A model generated the notes under the pieces. The model saw only the letters and a program-made list of their open reading frames with translations. It was not told the origin of the DNA and ran no database searches. The translations under genes and the position numbers were made by a program. A stretch of DNA of 64,000 nucleotides from an uncultured Acidobacteriota bacterium (GTDB taxonomy: Bacteria > Acidobacteriota > Thermoanaerobaculia > Multivoradales > JAHEKO01), in NCBI GenBank assembly GCA_963713825.1, contig CAVQNG010000003.1:553794-617793 (forward strand), in the 5' to 3' direction. This document shows positions 9,944 to 20,425 of this stretch, piece by piece. Numbering within the stretch: the stretch's first letter is position 1; every line of letters starts with the position of its first letter.

Positions 9944-12900
9944 TCAGGGATTCACGAGCTTCACCCAATTGCGCATTGCACCCAAACTGCAGCCGAACTT
10001 CTCGTGGCCTTTGCCCAGATGCTGCGCCTCGATGATCTGCTCGCAAGAGCAGCCCCCTGTGTCACCCACCGTGAAGAAATCGGTGGGGCCACTCTGGAGC
10101 CGCCTCTGGTTACCACGGCCACCGGGGGCCGTCGTATCGAACACCCCGTCCTCATCCACCAGCGCGTACCGATTGACTCCCAGACGATCCGTCGGTACCG
10201 ACTCCGGAATCACCGTCGCCGGACAGACATCCACGTCATCGGGCACCCCGTCGTTGTCAGCATCGCTGGCCACGAAGAGAACAAGCCCGTCGTGATCGGA
10301 TGAGCGCAGGGGCGTCGTGTCGTCGTTGATCAGATCGACGAAGGCGTCGGCGTTGCCACGACCGAACTCCAGACCAGCCAGGAAGTCGTCCAACCCTTCA
10401 CTCGTCAGCGCATGGTCGAGGGCTTGACCGTTCCCAGTGAAGATGTAGGAGTAACGTTCCGCCTGATCCAGTTTCGCTGTCTGATTCGTCAGATCGGGCT
10501 CCACCAGATCAGCGCATGGGTTCGTGTCGCAGACGAGATTGTCGGCTGGCTCGAAGTCACCCACGATCTGGCCGACTGCGTCGACGTACCCGTCGGTGAA
10601 TTCAAAAGCGTTGTAGTCACCGATCACCACCAGGTGCACTTCAGGGTTCGCCGACTGCAGGGCCTGGACCTTCTCGGCAATGGACTGGGCCTGTTCGTAG
10701 CGCTTCTGCCTTACCCTCTCGCCACCGCTTGGATCATCGATCCCACCCAGGGAACGATTGTGGACCGTCATGACCGCAATGGAGAACGACCCAAACTCGA
10801 GCTCGAAAGCACCCTCGAGTAGCAAAGGTGGACGATCGTGCAGTAGCGAGCCGTCATAACTCAAGATCTCGTCCTCGCCGAGTTGGGTGATCTGGTCAAT
10901 CGTCACTGTGTCACGCACCATGAAGCCGACATCGATGCCGCCAACGTCGTTGCCCTCGATCAGGATCGGCGTGTAGATCACAGACGAATCCTCGAAAGCG
11001 ATGTCCACGGCCAGGTCCTCGAGGACCTCGATTTTCTCCGCCTCCTGGACAGCCAAGACATCGGGGGCATCGAGAACGTCGAGGATGTAGTCGACAAACT
11101 TGGCCTTCCGTCCGAAGTACTCGGCATTGTCGAAGAAACGCAACATGTTCAAGCTGCCCACTGTAAATTCTCCTGCCGCGCGCGCTCTGACCGGGCGCAA
11201 CACATCCGGCACCGGCCCCACCGACATCATCTTGGGTACAACCTTGTATCGACCGAAGGTGAAGTTCAGGGGGCCATAGCCCGAAATCGCCTGGCCGGCG
11301 AATACGGGGTCGGAGATGCCATCCAGGCCATCCGTGTCGACGTCGAAGACTTCGGGGTTTCCATCCCAGACGGGAAGATCTGATAGGCCCGGAAAGATGA
11401 TGCCGGGCTCTCGGAAGGGCCGCGGATTATCGACAACGAGACTGACCTCGCCGAACCGATTCGTCGGCCCTGAAGCGATGCCATCGAAGCTGACCAGCAT
11501 ACCCTCGAATCGCTCGAGATCCGGAACCGGAAACGGCTGGTCCGAAGGTGTCGTCGCATCGAACGGAGTTACTGTAGGCAGGGGTTCGCCGCCCCCCAGG
11601 ATGTCCACAGTTGGCGAGTCCGTGATCTCCGTCAGTTCGAAGTACTCCTGCACCCGCCCAATGACTCGTACGCGGTCTCCAATAGAGACCATTGGTGGGT
11701 CCACGCCCGTGTAGACGTAGATACCGTCCGAGGTATAGGGATCATCATCGCTGTCTGCGTCAGGTGTCTGCATGTAAAAGCTGCGAAAGGCCACTGCTGT
11801 GACCACGTTTTCGGTTGTCTTGACTTCCATGCCCTCATAGGGCGAGTAGAGGCCATCGCCCTGGATCTCCCAGATCTCCACCGTCGGGGGTCCCGGCGGT
11901 GGCTCGACTCCAGAGGTGACCATGAGGTTCTGAAAGGCGATGGCCTCCGAGCCACCATCGGTATTCGCCGTCAGGATCAGGGTGAGCGTTGAGCCGGTGC
12001 CCGTGAGCGGCGCGTAGAACGGGGCCATGTCATTGTTCAGCAGGTCTCCGTTCACCAGCATCGGGTCACTTAGGGTGACGATCGCACCGCCCTCCATCGT
12101 GTAGTCCTGCGAGGCATCCTCGTCGATCGAGCTCTGAAACGCCGTCTGTACCGCGCCACCGTCGATGCTGTAGCTCCAGTTAAAGAAATCATTCGCCGCC
12201 TCGAAGTCCCCCATCGCTCCCATGTCGATCGACAGCCCGAGATCCGACGCACCATAGATGTCGAAGACCCAGGTCGCAACTACGTCACGACCCGAGGTGT
12301 CGCCATTATTCGTGTCGACAATCCCGAAGAACTCGTCCGTATTCCCTGTCTTGATGATGCCGAGCGTATCCCCCGGGAAGGAGCCCGCAGAGTCGTCCAC
12401 CACCGCAAAAGGAATCGACGCCGATACTCCCCGCTGGAACTTGTTGAAACCATCCCCGGCAGAGGTGAACGGAATTGCCGGGTCGTCCGTAAACGACAAC
12501 AGGTTCTGCGACGCCGAGCTCACCATGTCAAAAGCGATGACTGTCGGTGGCGGTGGTGGCCCGACTCCCGCGGTGATGACGAGGTTCTGAAAGGCGATCG
12601 CCTCCGAGCCACCATCGGTGTTCGCCGTCAGGACCAACGTCAGCTGCGAACCGGTTCCCGAGAGAGCCGTGAAAAACGGGGTCAGGTTATTCGTCAGCAA
12701 CACCCCATTCATCAACATCGGATCACTTAGGGTGACGATCGCACCGCCCTCCATGGTGTAGTCCTGCGAGGCATCCTCGTCGATCGAGCTCTGAAACGCC
12801 GTCACTGCCGGACTGCCGTCGATGCTGTAGCTCCAGTTGAAGAAATCATTCGCCGCCTCGAAGTCCCCCATCGCTCCCATGTCGATCGACAGCCCGAGAT

Positions 12901-13957
12901 CCGACGCTCCACTGATATCGAAGACCCAGGTCGCAATTACGTCACGACCCGAGGTGTCGCCATTATTCGTGTCGACAATCCCGAAGAACTCGTCCGTATT
13001 ACCTGTCTTGATAATGCCCAGCGTATCCCCTGGGAAGGAGCCCGCAGAGTCGTCCACCACCGCAAAAGGAATCGACGCCGATACTCCCCGCTGGAACTTG
13101 TTGAAACCATCCCCGGCAGAGGTGAACGGAATCGCCGGGTCGTCCGTGAACGACAACAGGTTCTGCGACGTCGAGCCCACCATGTCGTAGGCAACCGCCA
13201 TCGGCACAGCAGTACTGACGATGAGGTTCTGGAAGGCGATCGCCTCCGAACCACCATCGGTGTTCGCCGTCAGGACCAACGTCAGCTGCGAACCGGTTCC
13301 CGAGAGAGCCGTGAAAAACGGGGTCAGGTTATTCGTCAGCAACACCCCATTCATCAACATCGGATCACTTAGGGTGACGATCGCACCGCCCTCCATGGTG
13401 TAGTCCTGCGAGGCATCCTCGTCGATCGAGCTCTGAAACGCCGTCACTGCCGGACTGCCGTCGATGCTGTAGCTCCAGTTGAAGAAATCATTCGCCGCCT
13501 CGAAGTCCCCCATCGCTCCCATGTCGATCGACAGCCCGAGATCCGACGCTCCACTGATATCGAAGACCCAGGTCGCAATTACGTCACGACCCGAGGTGTC
13601 GCCATTATTCGTGTCGACAATCCCGAAGAACTCGTCCGTATTACCTGTCTTGATAATGCCCAGCGTATCCCCTGGGAAGGAGCCCGCAGAGTCGTCCACC
13701 ACCGCAAAAGGAATCGACGCCGATACTCCCCGCTGGAACTTGTTGAAACCATCCCCGGCAGAGGTGAACGGAATCGCCGGGTCGTCCGTGAACGACAACA
13801 GGTTCTGCGACGTCGAGCCCACCATGTCGTAGGCAACGACCTGAGCCTCCGACGCGGTCGGTAGAGCCAGCAGTAATGCCATCAAGGCCAAGAACAGAGT
13901 GGAAACCGAAACAAACCTCGAGGTCTTTGCGAGCATCACCATTCTCCTCCCAGGCAT
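9944..13957 (-). CDS. Secreted ExeM/NucH-family extracellular nuclease with three N-terminal 214-aa repeats
   Basis: 1337 aa with a signal peptide (LFLALMALLLALPTASEAQ). Three tandem repeats are followed by an EIWEIQGDGLYSPYEG...IGDRVRVIGRVQEYFELTEI module typical of ExeM/NucH nucleases. An endonuclease/exonuclease/phosphatase domain follows (FTVGSLNMLRFF, VLAVQEAE, VIGDYNAFEF, LDHALTS, SDHDGLVLF). The C-terminus has a DADNDGVPDDVD calcium-binding-like motif and a Cys-containing tail. The likely true start is the third Met (MLAKT, near 13936), seven nt after GGGAGGAG. Confidence 0.8.
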   Translation of the reverse strand: MPGRRMVMLAKTSRFVSVSTLFLALMALLLALPTASEAQVVAYDMVGSTSQNLLSFTDDPAIPFTSAGDGFNKFQRGVSASIPFAVVDDSAGSFPGDTLGIIKTGNTDEFFGIVDTNNGDTSGRDVIATWVFDISGASDLGLSIDMGAMGDFEAANDFFNWSYSIDGSPAVTAFQSSIDEDASQDYTMEGGAIVTLSDPMLMNGVLLTNNLTPFFTALSGTGSQLTLVLTANTDGGSEAIAFQNLIVSTAVPMAVAYDMVGSTSQNLLSFTDDPAIPFTSAGDGFNKFQRGVSASIPFAVVDDSAGSFPGDTLGIIKTGNTDEFFGIVDTNNGDTSGRDVIATWVFDISGASDLGLSIDMGAMGDFEAANDFFNWSYSIDGSPAVTAFQSSIDEDASQDYTMEGGAIVTLSDPMLMNGVLLTNNLTPFFTALSGTGSQLTLVLTANTDGGSEAIAFQNLVITAGVGPPPPPTVIAFDMVSSASQNLLSFTDDPAIPFTSAGDGFNKFQRGVSASIPFAVVDDSAGSFPGDTLGIIKTGNTDEFFGIVDTNNGDTSGRDVVATWVFDIYGASDLGLSIDMGAMGDFEAANDFFNWSYSIDGGAVQTAFQSSIDEDASQDYTMEGGAIVTLSDPMLVNGDLLNNDMAPFYAPLTGTGSTLTLILTANTDGGSEAIAFQNLMVTSGVEPPPGPPTVEIWEIQGDGLYSPYEGMEVKTTENVVTAVAFRSFYMQTPDADSDDDPYTSDGIYVYTGVDPPMVSIGDRVRVIGRVQEYFELTEITDSPTVDILGGGEPLPTVTPFDATTPSDQPFPVPDLERFEGMLVSFDGIASGPTNRFGEVSLVVDNPRPFREPGIIFPGLSDLPVWDGNPEVFDVDTDGLDGISDPVFAGQAISGYGPLNFTFGRYKVVPKMMSVGPVPDVLRPVRARAAGEFTVGSLNMLRFFDNAEYFGRKAKFVDYILDVLDAPDVLAVQEAEKIEVLEDLAVDIAFEDSSVIYTPILIEGNDVGGIDVGFMVRDTVTIDQITQLGEDEILSYDGSLLHDRPPLLLEGAFELEFGSFSIAVMTVHNRSLGGIDDPSGGERVRQKRYEQAQSIAEKVQALQSANPEVHLVVIGDYNAFEFTDGYVDAVGQIVGDFEPADNLVCDTNPCADLVEPDLTNQTAKLDQAERYSYIFTGNGQALDHALTSEGLDDFLAGLEFGRGNADAFVDLINDDTTPLRSSDHDGLVLFVASDADNDGVPDDVDVCPATVIPESVPTDRLGVNRYALVDEDGVFDTTAPGGRGNQRRLQSGPTDFFTVGDTGGCSCEQIIEAQHLGKGHEKFGCSLGAMRNWVKLVNP
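11930..13856 (-). repeat. Intragenic tandem repeat, 3 x 642 bp (214 aa each)
   Basis: The shadow ORFs 12837..13190 and 13479..13832 have identical 117-aa translations and are offset by exactly 642 nt. The two upstream units are almost identical at nucleotide level, and the few differences I saw lie at the unit junctions near 12585-12610 and 13225-13250. The third unit (about 11930-12570) is clearly diverged. Confidence 0.9.
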
Positions 13958-14197
13958 GCAAATGGATGGATACCAGCCAGAGACACGCCTCCCGTGTACA
14001 TGTCCTCGTACCGGGTGGCCTCCATGCCTGTCTCCCTCCAGACATTGCTCACCTGCGCTGCGGGTGAGCGGATTCCAGGTGTACTACTAACTTAGCCCAC
14101 CCAGCGAAGGAGTCAAGCAGGTATTGACACTTGTCTATGGGTCTTCCTCGCGTCGACACGCCGGCAAGGGAACACTCCCTCCCAATCGTCCAGAGGC

Positions 14198-14349
14198 GTG
14201 GGTCTTGGGGTTGAAGCGTCCGGTCGTCCCACCCGGCCGGTCCTTGAGGGCTTGAGGTTGAAGAGCCCGTCGTCCCTCCGGCCTACCTTTGAGGCAGTGG
14301 GTCTCCCTCCCGTTTTCCTAAGCCCTTAGGCCCCTACGCCCTTATTGCC
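14198..14349. repeat. Intergenic mosaic repeat, family R1 (locus 3)
   Basis: GGGTCTTGGGGTTGAAGCG, CCGG-containing hairpin units, TTGAGGGCTTGAGGTTGAAG, GAGGCAGTGGG, then CCTAAGCCCTTAGGCCCCTACGCCC. It directly abuts an R2 element. Confidence 0.7.
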
Positions 14350-14364
14350 TTCAGCGGTGCCAGA

Positions 14365-14546
14365 GGTTCGTCCCGGGGCCTCTCGACAAGCGCAGCGCAA
14401 GAGCCATGGCAATGCTAGACAGATCCGGTTCGCAGGTGGCGGCCCGCCCTTGAAGTAGGGGAGGGGCTTGCCCCCTCCCACTGGAGCCCTCAAGGGGCTC
14501 CCCTACATTGCCGACGCCGTCCCCCTGCGAGCCACCCGGACGGATC
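14365..14546. repeat. MITE-like element, family R2 (copy 1, partly degenerate left end)
   Basis: Left end GGTTCGTCCCGGGG, right end CGAGCCACCCGGACGGATC. Conserved internal blocks CTCGACAAGCGCAGCGCAAGAGCC, CAGGTGGCGGCC and GCCGACGCCGTCCCC are shared with the copies at 51899 and 63253. Confidence 0.65.
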
Positions 14547-14571
14547 TCAATTCGAGAACGGCCCCGAGACA

Positions 14572-14606
14572 CTGAATAAGAGAACGGCCGGCAGGGGCGC
14601 CGGCCG
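14572..14606 (-). terminator. Rho-independent terminator downstream of the PCD gene
   Basis: On the minus strand, CGGCCGGC-GCCCCT-GCCGGCCG forms an 8-bp GC stem followed by TTCTCTTATT. It starts about 25 nt after the stop at 14632. Confidence 0.6.
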
Positions 14607-14631
14607 CTTGAGGATTCTCACGTATGTGATG

Positions 14632-14976
14632 TCAGTCGCTGGTGCCGCCCTCGAGGCGGTCGGCCTTGGCGGCCCAGACGAAGTCGCTTTCGGTCAGGCC
14701 GTCGATCTTGTGGGTCCAGATCTTCAAGCCTACCTTGCCCCAGGTCAGGAAGATCTCGGGGTGATGGTTCACCTCTTCCGCCAGCTCCCCGACCCGATTC
14801 GTAAAGGCGAGTGCTTCGACGAAGTTACCGAATCGATACTGCTTCTCGAGGTGATGGCTGTCCACCAATTTCCAGTCGTTCCCGAGCCGTTCGTAGAGAC
14901 CCGCCAGTTCTTCGCCTTCGAGAGGAGGTACGCCTCCCCTGCAAGGTACACAAATGCCATCCGCAAGCTCACTCAT
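14632..14976 (-). CDS. phhB: Pterin-4-alpha-carbinolamine dehydratase (PCD/DCoH)
   Basis: 114 aa. FGNFVEALAFTNRVGELAEEVNHHPEIFLTWGKVGLKIWTHKIDGLTESDF matches the PCD core, including the HHP motif. Confidence 0.9.
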   Translation of the reverse strand: MSELADGICVPCRGGVPPLEGEELAGLYERLGNDWKLVDSHHLEKQYRFGNFVEALAFTNRVGELAEEVNHHPEIFLTWGKVGLKIWTHKIDGLTESDFVWAAKADRLEGGTSD

Positions 14977-15023
14977 CCGCAGTCTCCTTCGGCTTGCCTT
15001 CGGTTCGCTGTCGCGTCACCGAT

Positions 15024-15752
15024 CTAGTTGCTGTCACTGTAGTTGACCATGGCCTGCGTCCCGTCGTCGGTAGCAGAGATGATCACCATTACCGTGCGAT
15101 CCTCAGTCTCTTGGGAAGCGATGACCTGGCCACCCTTGCCGTCGGGTCCCGAGTACTCGGTCTTCTGGACGCTCCACTCGTCGTCTTCGAGCTGCTCGAC
15201 GTAGAAAGCCAGCACGTCATCCACCGATTCCGAGGTGGTCAGTTGGAACGATCCACCCACGCCGTCGGGTGTCGACGCCGAGTAGGTGCCTGTCGTCGTG
15301 CCGCCGGGAAAGACCGGCACCCAATCCGGCAGGCTGTCCATGTCGGAGCTGCCGACTCGCATGGTCTCCCCACCATCCGTCGTCACTGTGAACAGACCCT
15401 CTTCGGGGTCGCCCGAGGCACTGAACTCCATCTCTCCCTCGTCCGTCTCGAAGCTCAGCTTGCCCTTTTCGATGTCGGCGTAGTTGACCGTGATGACCTC
15501 GCCACTGTCCTTCTCGCGAATCGTGATCGTGCCCGCATCCCGATCACTGTCCACGAGCTCGAGATCCGGGTTCATCTTGATCAACATCTCGGCCGCCGCC
15601 TCTGGATTCTCCTGAAAGTCCTCAGCGAAGTCACCGACCTTCTTGGCTACGAAGAAGCCGCTCACCGACACGATGATTGCACACACCACCAGCAGGCCAC
15701 CGCAGCCAATCGCCACCCAGGCCCACGGGCTCAGACCTTTCTTTTCGGTCAT
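15024..15752 (-). CDS. Single-pass membrane protein, unknown function
   Basis: I take the start at MTEKKGLSPWAWVAIGCGGLLVVCAIIV (ATG 15752-15750, preceded by GGAAAGGAGA). It has one TM helix followed by an acidic Thr/Gly/Asp-rich extracytoplasmic region. I recognise no family. Confidence 0.6.
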   Translation of the reverse strand: MTEKKGLSPWAWVAIGCGGLLVVCAIIVSVSGFFVAKKVGDFAEDFQENPEAAAEMLIKMNPDLELVDSDRDAGTITIREKDSGEVITVNYADIEKGKLSFETDEGEMEFSASGDPEEGLFTVTTDGGETMRVGSSDMDSLPDWVPVFPGGTTTGTYSASTPDGVGGSFQLTTSESVDDVLAFYVEQLEDDEWSVQKTEYSGPDGKGGQVIASQETEDRTVMVIISATDDGTQAMVNYSDSN

Positions 15753-15889
15753 AGGATCTCCTTTCCGCGCTGTCTCTCGAACAGAGACAAAAACTACCAC
15801 AGCCCCGTCTCGGTCCCGCCTGACGGTGAACTGGGATCGGTGGAACCGCCAGAGGCAACTGGAGCCTTCAACCTGTCGAGGTCAGGCGG

Positions 15890-16690
15890 TCAGCCCGTCG
15901 ATACCTGGTCGAGGATCGACTTTCGAAGGGACTCCGGGAGTCGATCCAAGTCGAGCTGCCGACAGGCATCGAAGGTCAGGTCGAGCGTCGACATCACCGA
16001 CTTGCAGCGCGAGCAAAGCTCATCGGGAGGGACCGGAAACTCGACCCCTCGATCGAGGGCCTCTTGCTTGGCACTCAGAAGATCCAGGCAGACTTTCTGG
16101 GAGTGATCCGGTGGCGGTGCCGCCCGCTGGGGTAGCGAGTCGGCCAATTCCTTGCGCAGCGCCAAGCGGCCACGGTGAACCCTGGTCTTGACCGTCGCCT
16201 CTTTGAGACCCAGGATGTCGGCGATCTGCGACAGAGACAACTCGGTGATGTCCTTGAGAAGCAGCGGTAGCCGCAGATGAATCGGCAGACTGGCAAGCGC
16301 CTCATCGACGCGCTCCTGAGCCTCCCTACGCAGCTGCTCATCGAGTTGGCTCTCCTCGGGAGAGGGTAGCGTCGCGACCATTGGCTGGCCCGAGGGCAAG
16401 AGCTCCGAGAGCGACTCGACCCTGGCCGGCTCGCCCGACCGCAGCCGATTGCGCCGCTGACAGATTCTCGCCGCGATCGTGTAGAGCCAGCTACTCGGCG
16501 CGGAGCGCCCTTCGAACTGATCCCATTTCCGGAAGGCCTGCAGGAAAGTCTCCTGCACCAGGTCCTCGGCTTCCTCGCTGTTGCCGCAGAGCTTCATCCC
16601 GAGGCCGTACATCCGCCCGCCCTCCTCATCCATGAGGCGTTCGAGAGCCAGATCGCGGGGCTCAGCAGCGAGTGAATCAGTATCCGTCAT
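15890..16690 (-). CDS. ECF (sigma-70 family) sigma factor with Cys/His-containing C-terminal extension
   Basis: Region 2 is EDLVQETFLQAFRKWDQFEGRSAPSSWLYTIAARICQRR. Region 4 is LLLKDITELSLSQIADILGLKEATVKTRVHRGRLALRKEL. About 75 further residues contain H-x4-C ... C-x2-C ... C. I take the start at MTDTDS (16690) because the track start at 16726 sits inside the tRNA-Asn terminator. Confidence 0.8.
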   Translation of the reverse strand: MTDTDSLAAEPRDLALERLMDEEGGRMYGLGMKLCGNSEEAEDLVQETFLQAFRKWDQFEGRSAPSSWLYTIAARICQRRNRLRSGEPARVESLSELLPSGQPMVATLPSPEESQLDEQLRREAQERVDEALASLPIHLRLPLLLKDITELSLSQIADILGLKEATVKTRVHRGRLALRKELADSLPQRAAPPPDHSQKVCLDLLSAKQEALDRGVEFPVPPDELCSRCKSVMSTLDLTFDACRQLDLDRLPESLRKSILDQVSTG

Positions 16691-16715
16691 GGGATTGGAA
16701 TCAGTCGGCCCAGGT

Positions 16716-16755
16716 CGAAAAAGCAACTGGCCGCCGGAGATAGCCCGGCGGCCAG
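16716..16755 (-). terminator. Rho-independent terminator after tRNA-Asn
   Basis: On the minus strand, CTGGCCGCCGG-GCTATCT-CCGGCGGCCAG forms a perfect 11-bp stem followed by TTGCTTTTTCG. Confidence 0.8.
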
Positions 16756-16765
16756 AAATTTGAAG

Positions 16766-16840
16766 TGGCTCCCCGGGAGGGAGTCGAACCCCCGACCAAT
16801 CGGTTAACAGCCGACCGCTCTACCACTGAGCTACCGAGGA
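16766..16840 (-). tRNA. tRNA-Asn (GTT)
   Basis: The minus strand reads TCCTCGGTAGCTCAGTGGTAGAGCGGTCGGCTGTTAACCGATTGGTCGGGGGTTCGACTCCCTCCCGGGGAGCCA. It has a 7-bp acceptor stem (one G-U), a GTT anticodon in a CT-GTT-AA loop, a TTCGA T-loop and an encoded CCA. Confidence 0.9.
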
Positions 16841-16873
16841 ATATGGGGCCTTTGAGAGGCCTTCAAAGGCGAG

Positions 16874-16902
16874 ATATTAGGAGCCGAAGTCCTCTTTGTC
16901 AA
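16874..16902 (-). promoter_or_regulatory. Sigma-70-type promoter for tRNA-Asn
   Basis: The minus strand has TTGACA (16902-16897), a 17-nt spacer, then TAATAT (16879-16874). A short hairpin CCTTTGA-N7-TCAAAGG follows before the tRNA 5' end. Confidence 0.6.
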
Positions 16903-16932
16903 TCGCTGCCTGGTGCGCAATATCCAGTCGAA

Positions 16933-18648
<1,716 letters not shown>

Positions 18649-18652
18649 GATT

Positions 18653-20425
18653 TCATTCCTCCGGGCCGCGATGCAAGGCTCTACTGAGAGCAGTCTTCTC
18701 CTCGAGCAGGGTCCGCAGACGATCATCGTCACCGGCTCGTTGCGCTTCGGAGATCTCGCCCGAGAGAACTCGCAAGCGGTGCTGCACCCAACGCCGATTC
18801 AGCTGGCCCAATGCCACACCCAGGCCGTTCGCCCCTTCAGCGATCGAACCTTCTAGCAGAAGCCGAGCCACTTGGTCAACTTCTTCGCTGTCGAGGGGCA
18901 CGCTGGCCACGACCTCTTTCACTGCTGGCCGACGACCCTCTCCGTCCCTATATAGATCACAAAAAGTGCTGTAAATATTCCTGCAAGCAGGGATCAGGAA
19001 CGCCTCCGGAGGAGGTAAGTCGTCGAACGAAGGGAGCTCTTCGTCCCCAGCCAGTAGGAGTTGCAGCGTCTGTTCTTCCAGACTTCGCACCAACTTGGGG
19101 CTTTTCTGGACATCGTCGGACGGGGCCTTCGCGTCCAGGTCCGGCTTGCCGCCGACCCTGCGCCAGAGGATCTCGACTGGCACGCCGAGCCGTTCCGAGG
19201 CCTTTTGACTGTAGCTGTATCGCAGAATGCTGTCGCGAACCGACTGCAAAAGCTCGCTCACCTGCTTTCCTGCTTGGGCTTGCAGGCGGGGGTTCTGGTG
19301 AACGGCCGGCGGAATCAAGCGCTCGAGCTCCATCAGCACAGCATCCTCTGCCTCGGTCACCGCCCCGAGGACCGCTTCCGGTCCGTCCAAAGTGCGCAGA
19401 GAATCCGGATCCTGGTCTTGGCCAAACCGCGCACGCCTTACGGTCAGCCCCTGAGAAAGGAGGAGTGGAAGAACGCGTTGAAAAGCCTGCTCGCCCGCTT
19501 CGTCCCCGTCATAGCCCACCACCACCTCGCTGGCGAAGCGACTCAGCAGCCGCGCCTGATCTTCGGTGAGAGCCGTACCCATGGTAGCCACGGTGGCATC
19601 TACCCCGGAAGCCACGGCGCCCATGACATCAAAGTAGCCCTCGACTACCAGGGCCGTGCTGCTCTCCCGAATCGCCCTCTTCGCGAGGTCCAGCCCGTAC
19701 AAGACATATCCTTTGCGGAAGGCCGCGGTCTCGTGACTGTTGATGTACTTCGCCCGATCGTCGGCCAGAGTGCGCCCGCCAAATCCCAATAGCCGACCCG
19801 AAGCCGCCCGGATCGGGAACATCAGCCGCTGACGAAAGCGATCGTAGTACTTGCCGGATTTCTGCGAGATGCCGACCAGGCCCGCTGCCTTGAGGTCGGC
19901 CAGCGGAATCCGGGGATGCAGTGCTTCGAGAAGATGAGTCCACCCATCGGGCGCATAGCCGACACCGAAACGCTCCACCAGCTCCTGCGGCATCTGTCGC
20001 TTCTCGAGATAGGCCAGCGTTTCGGGCGACCGCTTCAAGGCGTCGATGAAGAACTGCGCGGCCGCCTCGAGTGCCGGCTCGAGATCCGGCTCCCGCGGGC
20101 CCCCTCTCTGCTGGCGCGGCGGCGGCAAAGGAACACCATAGCGACGAGCCAGCGTCTCGATGGCAGCGGGGAAGTCGTCGCCACTGAGTAGCATGTGGAG
20201 CTTGATGGCGTCACCACCACGGCCACAGCCGAAGCAATAGAACAGCCCCTGGACCGGGTCGACGCTGAACGAAGGGGTCTTCTCCCGATGCAACGGGCAA
20301 CGACCCATGTGCCGTCGCCCGCTCTTGCGGAGACGGGTGTGCTCGCCGGCGATATCGACGATATCCACCACGTCGCGCACCGCCTGCACGAACTGCGGCG
20401 TGAGTTGGATGTTGCTCAACGCCAT
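18653..20425 (-). CDS. dnaG: DNA primase
   Basis: 590 aa with the zinc-ribbon [34 protein letters not shown] and a Toprim core VVEGYFDV...VGYDGDEAG. Confidence 0.95.
   Translation of the reverse strand: MALSNIQLTPQFVQAVRDVVDIVDIAGEHTRLRKSGRRHMGRCPLHREKTPSFSVDPVQGLFYCFGCGRGGDAIKLHMLLSGDDFPAAIETLARRYGVPLPPPRQQRGGPREPDLEPALEAAAQFFIDALKRSPETLAYLEKRQMPQELVERFGVGYAPDGWTHLLEALHPRIPLADLKAAGLVGISQKSGKYYDRFRQRLMFPIRAASGRLLGFGGRTLADDRAKYINSHETAAFRKGYVLYGLDLAKRAIRESSTALVVEGYFDVMGAVASGVDATVATMGTALTEDQARLLSRFASEVVVGYDGDEAGEQAFQRVLPLLLSQGLTVRRARFGQDQDPDSLRTLDGPEAVLGAVTEAEDAVLMELERLIPPAVHQNPRLQAQAGKQVSELLQSVRDSILRYSYSQKASERLGVPVEILWRRVGGKPDLDAKAPSDDVQKSPKLVRSLEEQTLQLLLAGDEELPSFDDLPPPEAFLIPACRNIYSTFCDLYRDGEGRRPAVKEVVASVPLDSEEVDQVARLLLEGSIAEGANGLGVALGQLNRRWVQHRLRVLSGEISEAQRAGDDDRLRTLLEEKTALSRALHRGPEE

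Noticed and set aside
14089-14116. Possible sigma-70 promoter for the nuclease gene (minus strand, TTGACT-N16-TAAGTT)
   Set aside because: The -10 match is weak and the hexamers were found only by scanning. I did not list it as a feature without transcript evidence.
14811-16106. 431-aa + strand ORF spanning three minus-strand genes
   Set aside because: It runs antisense across the PCD, membrane-protein and ECF sigma genes, all of which have clear motifs. Its composition is shadow-like.
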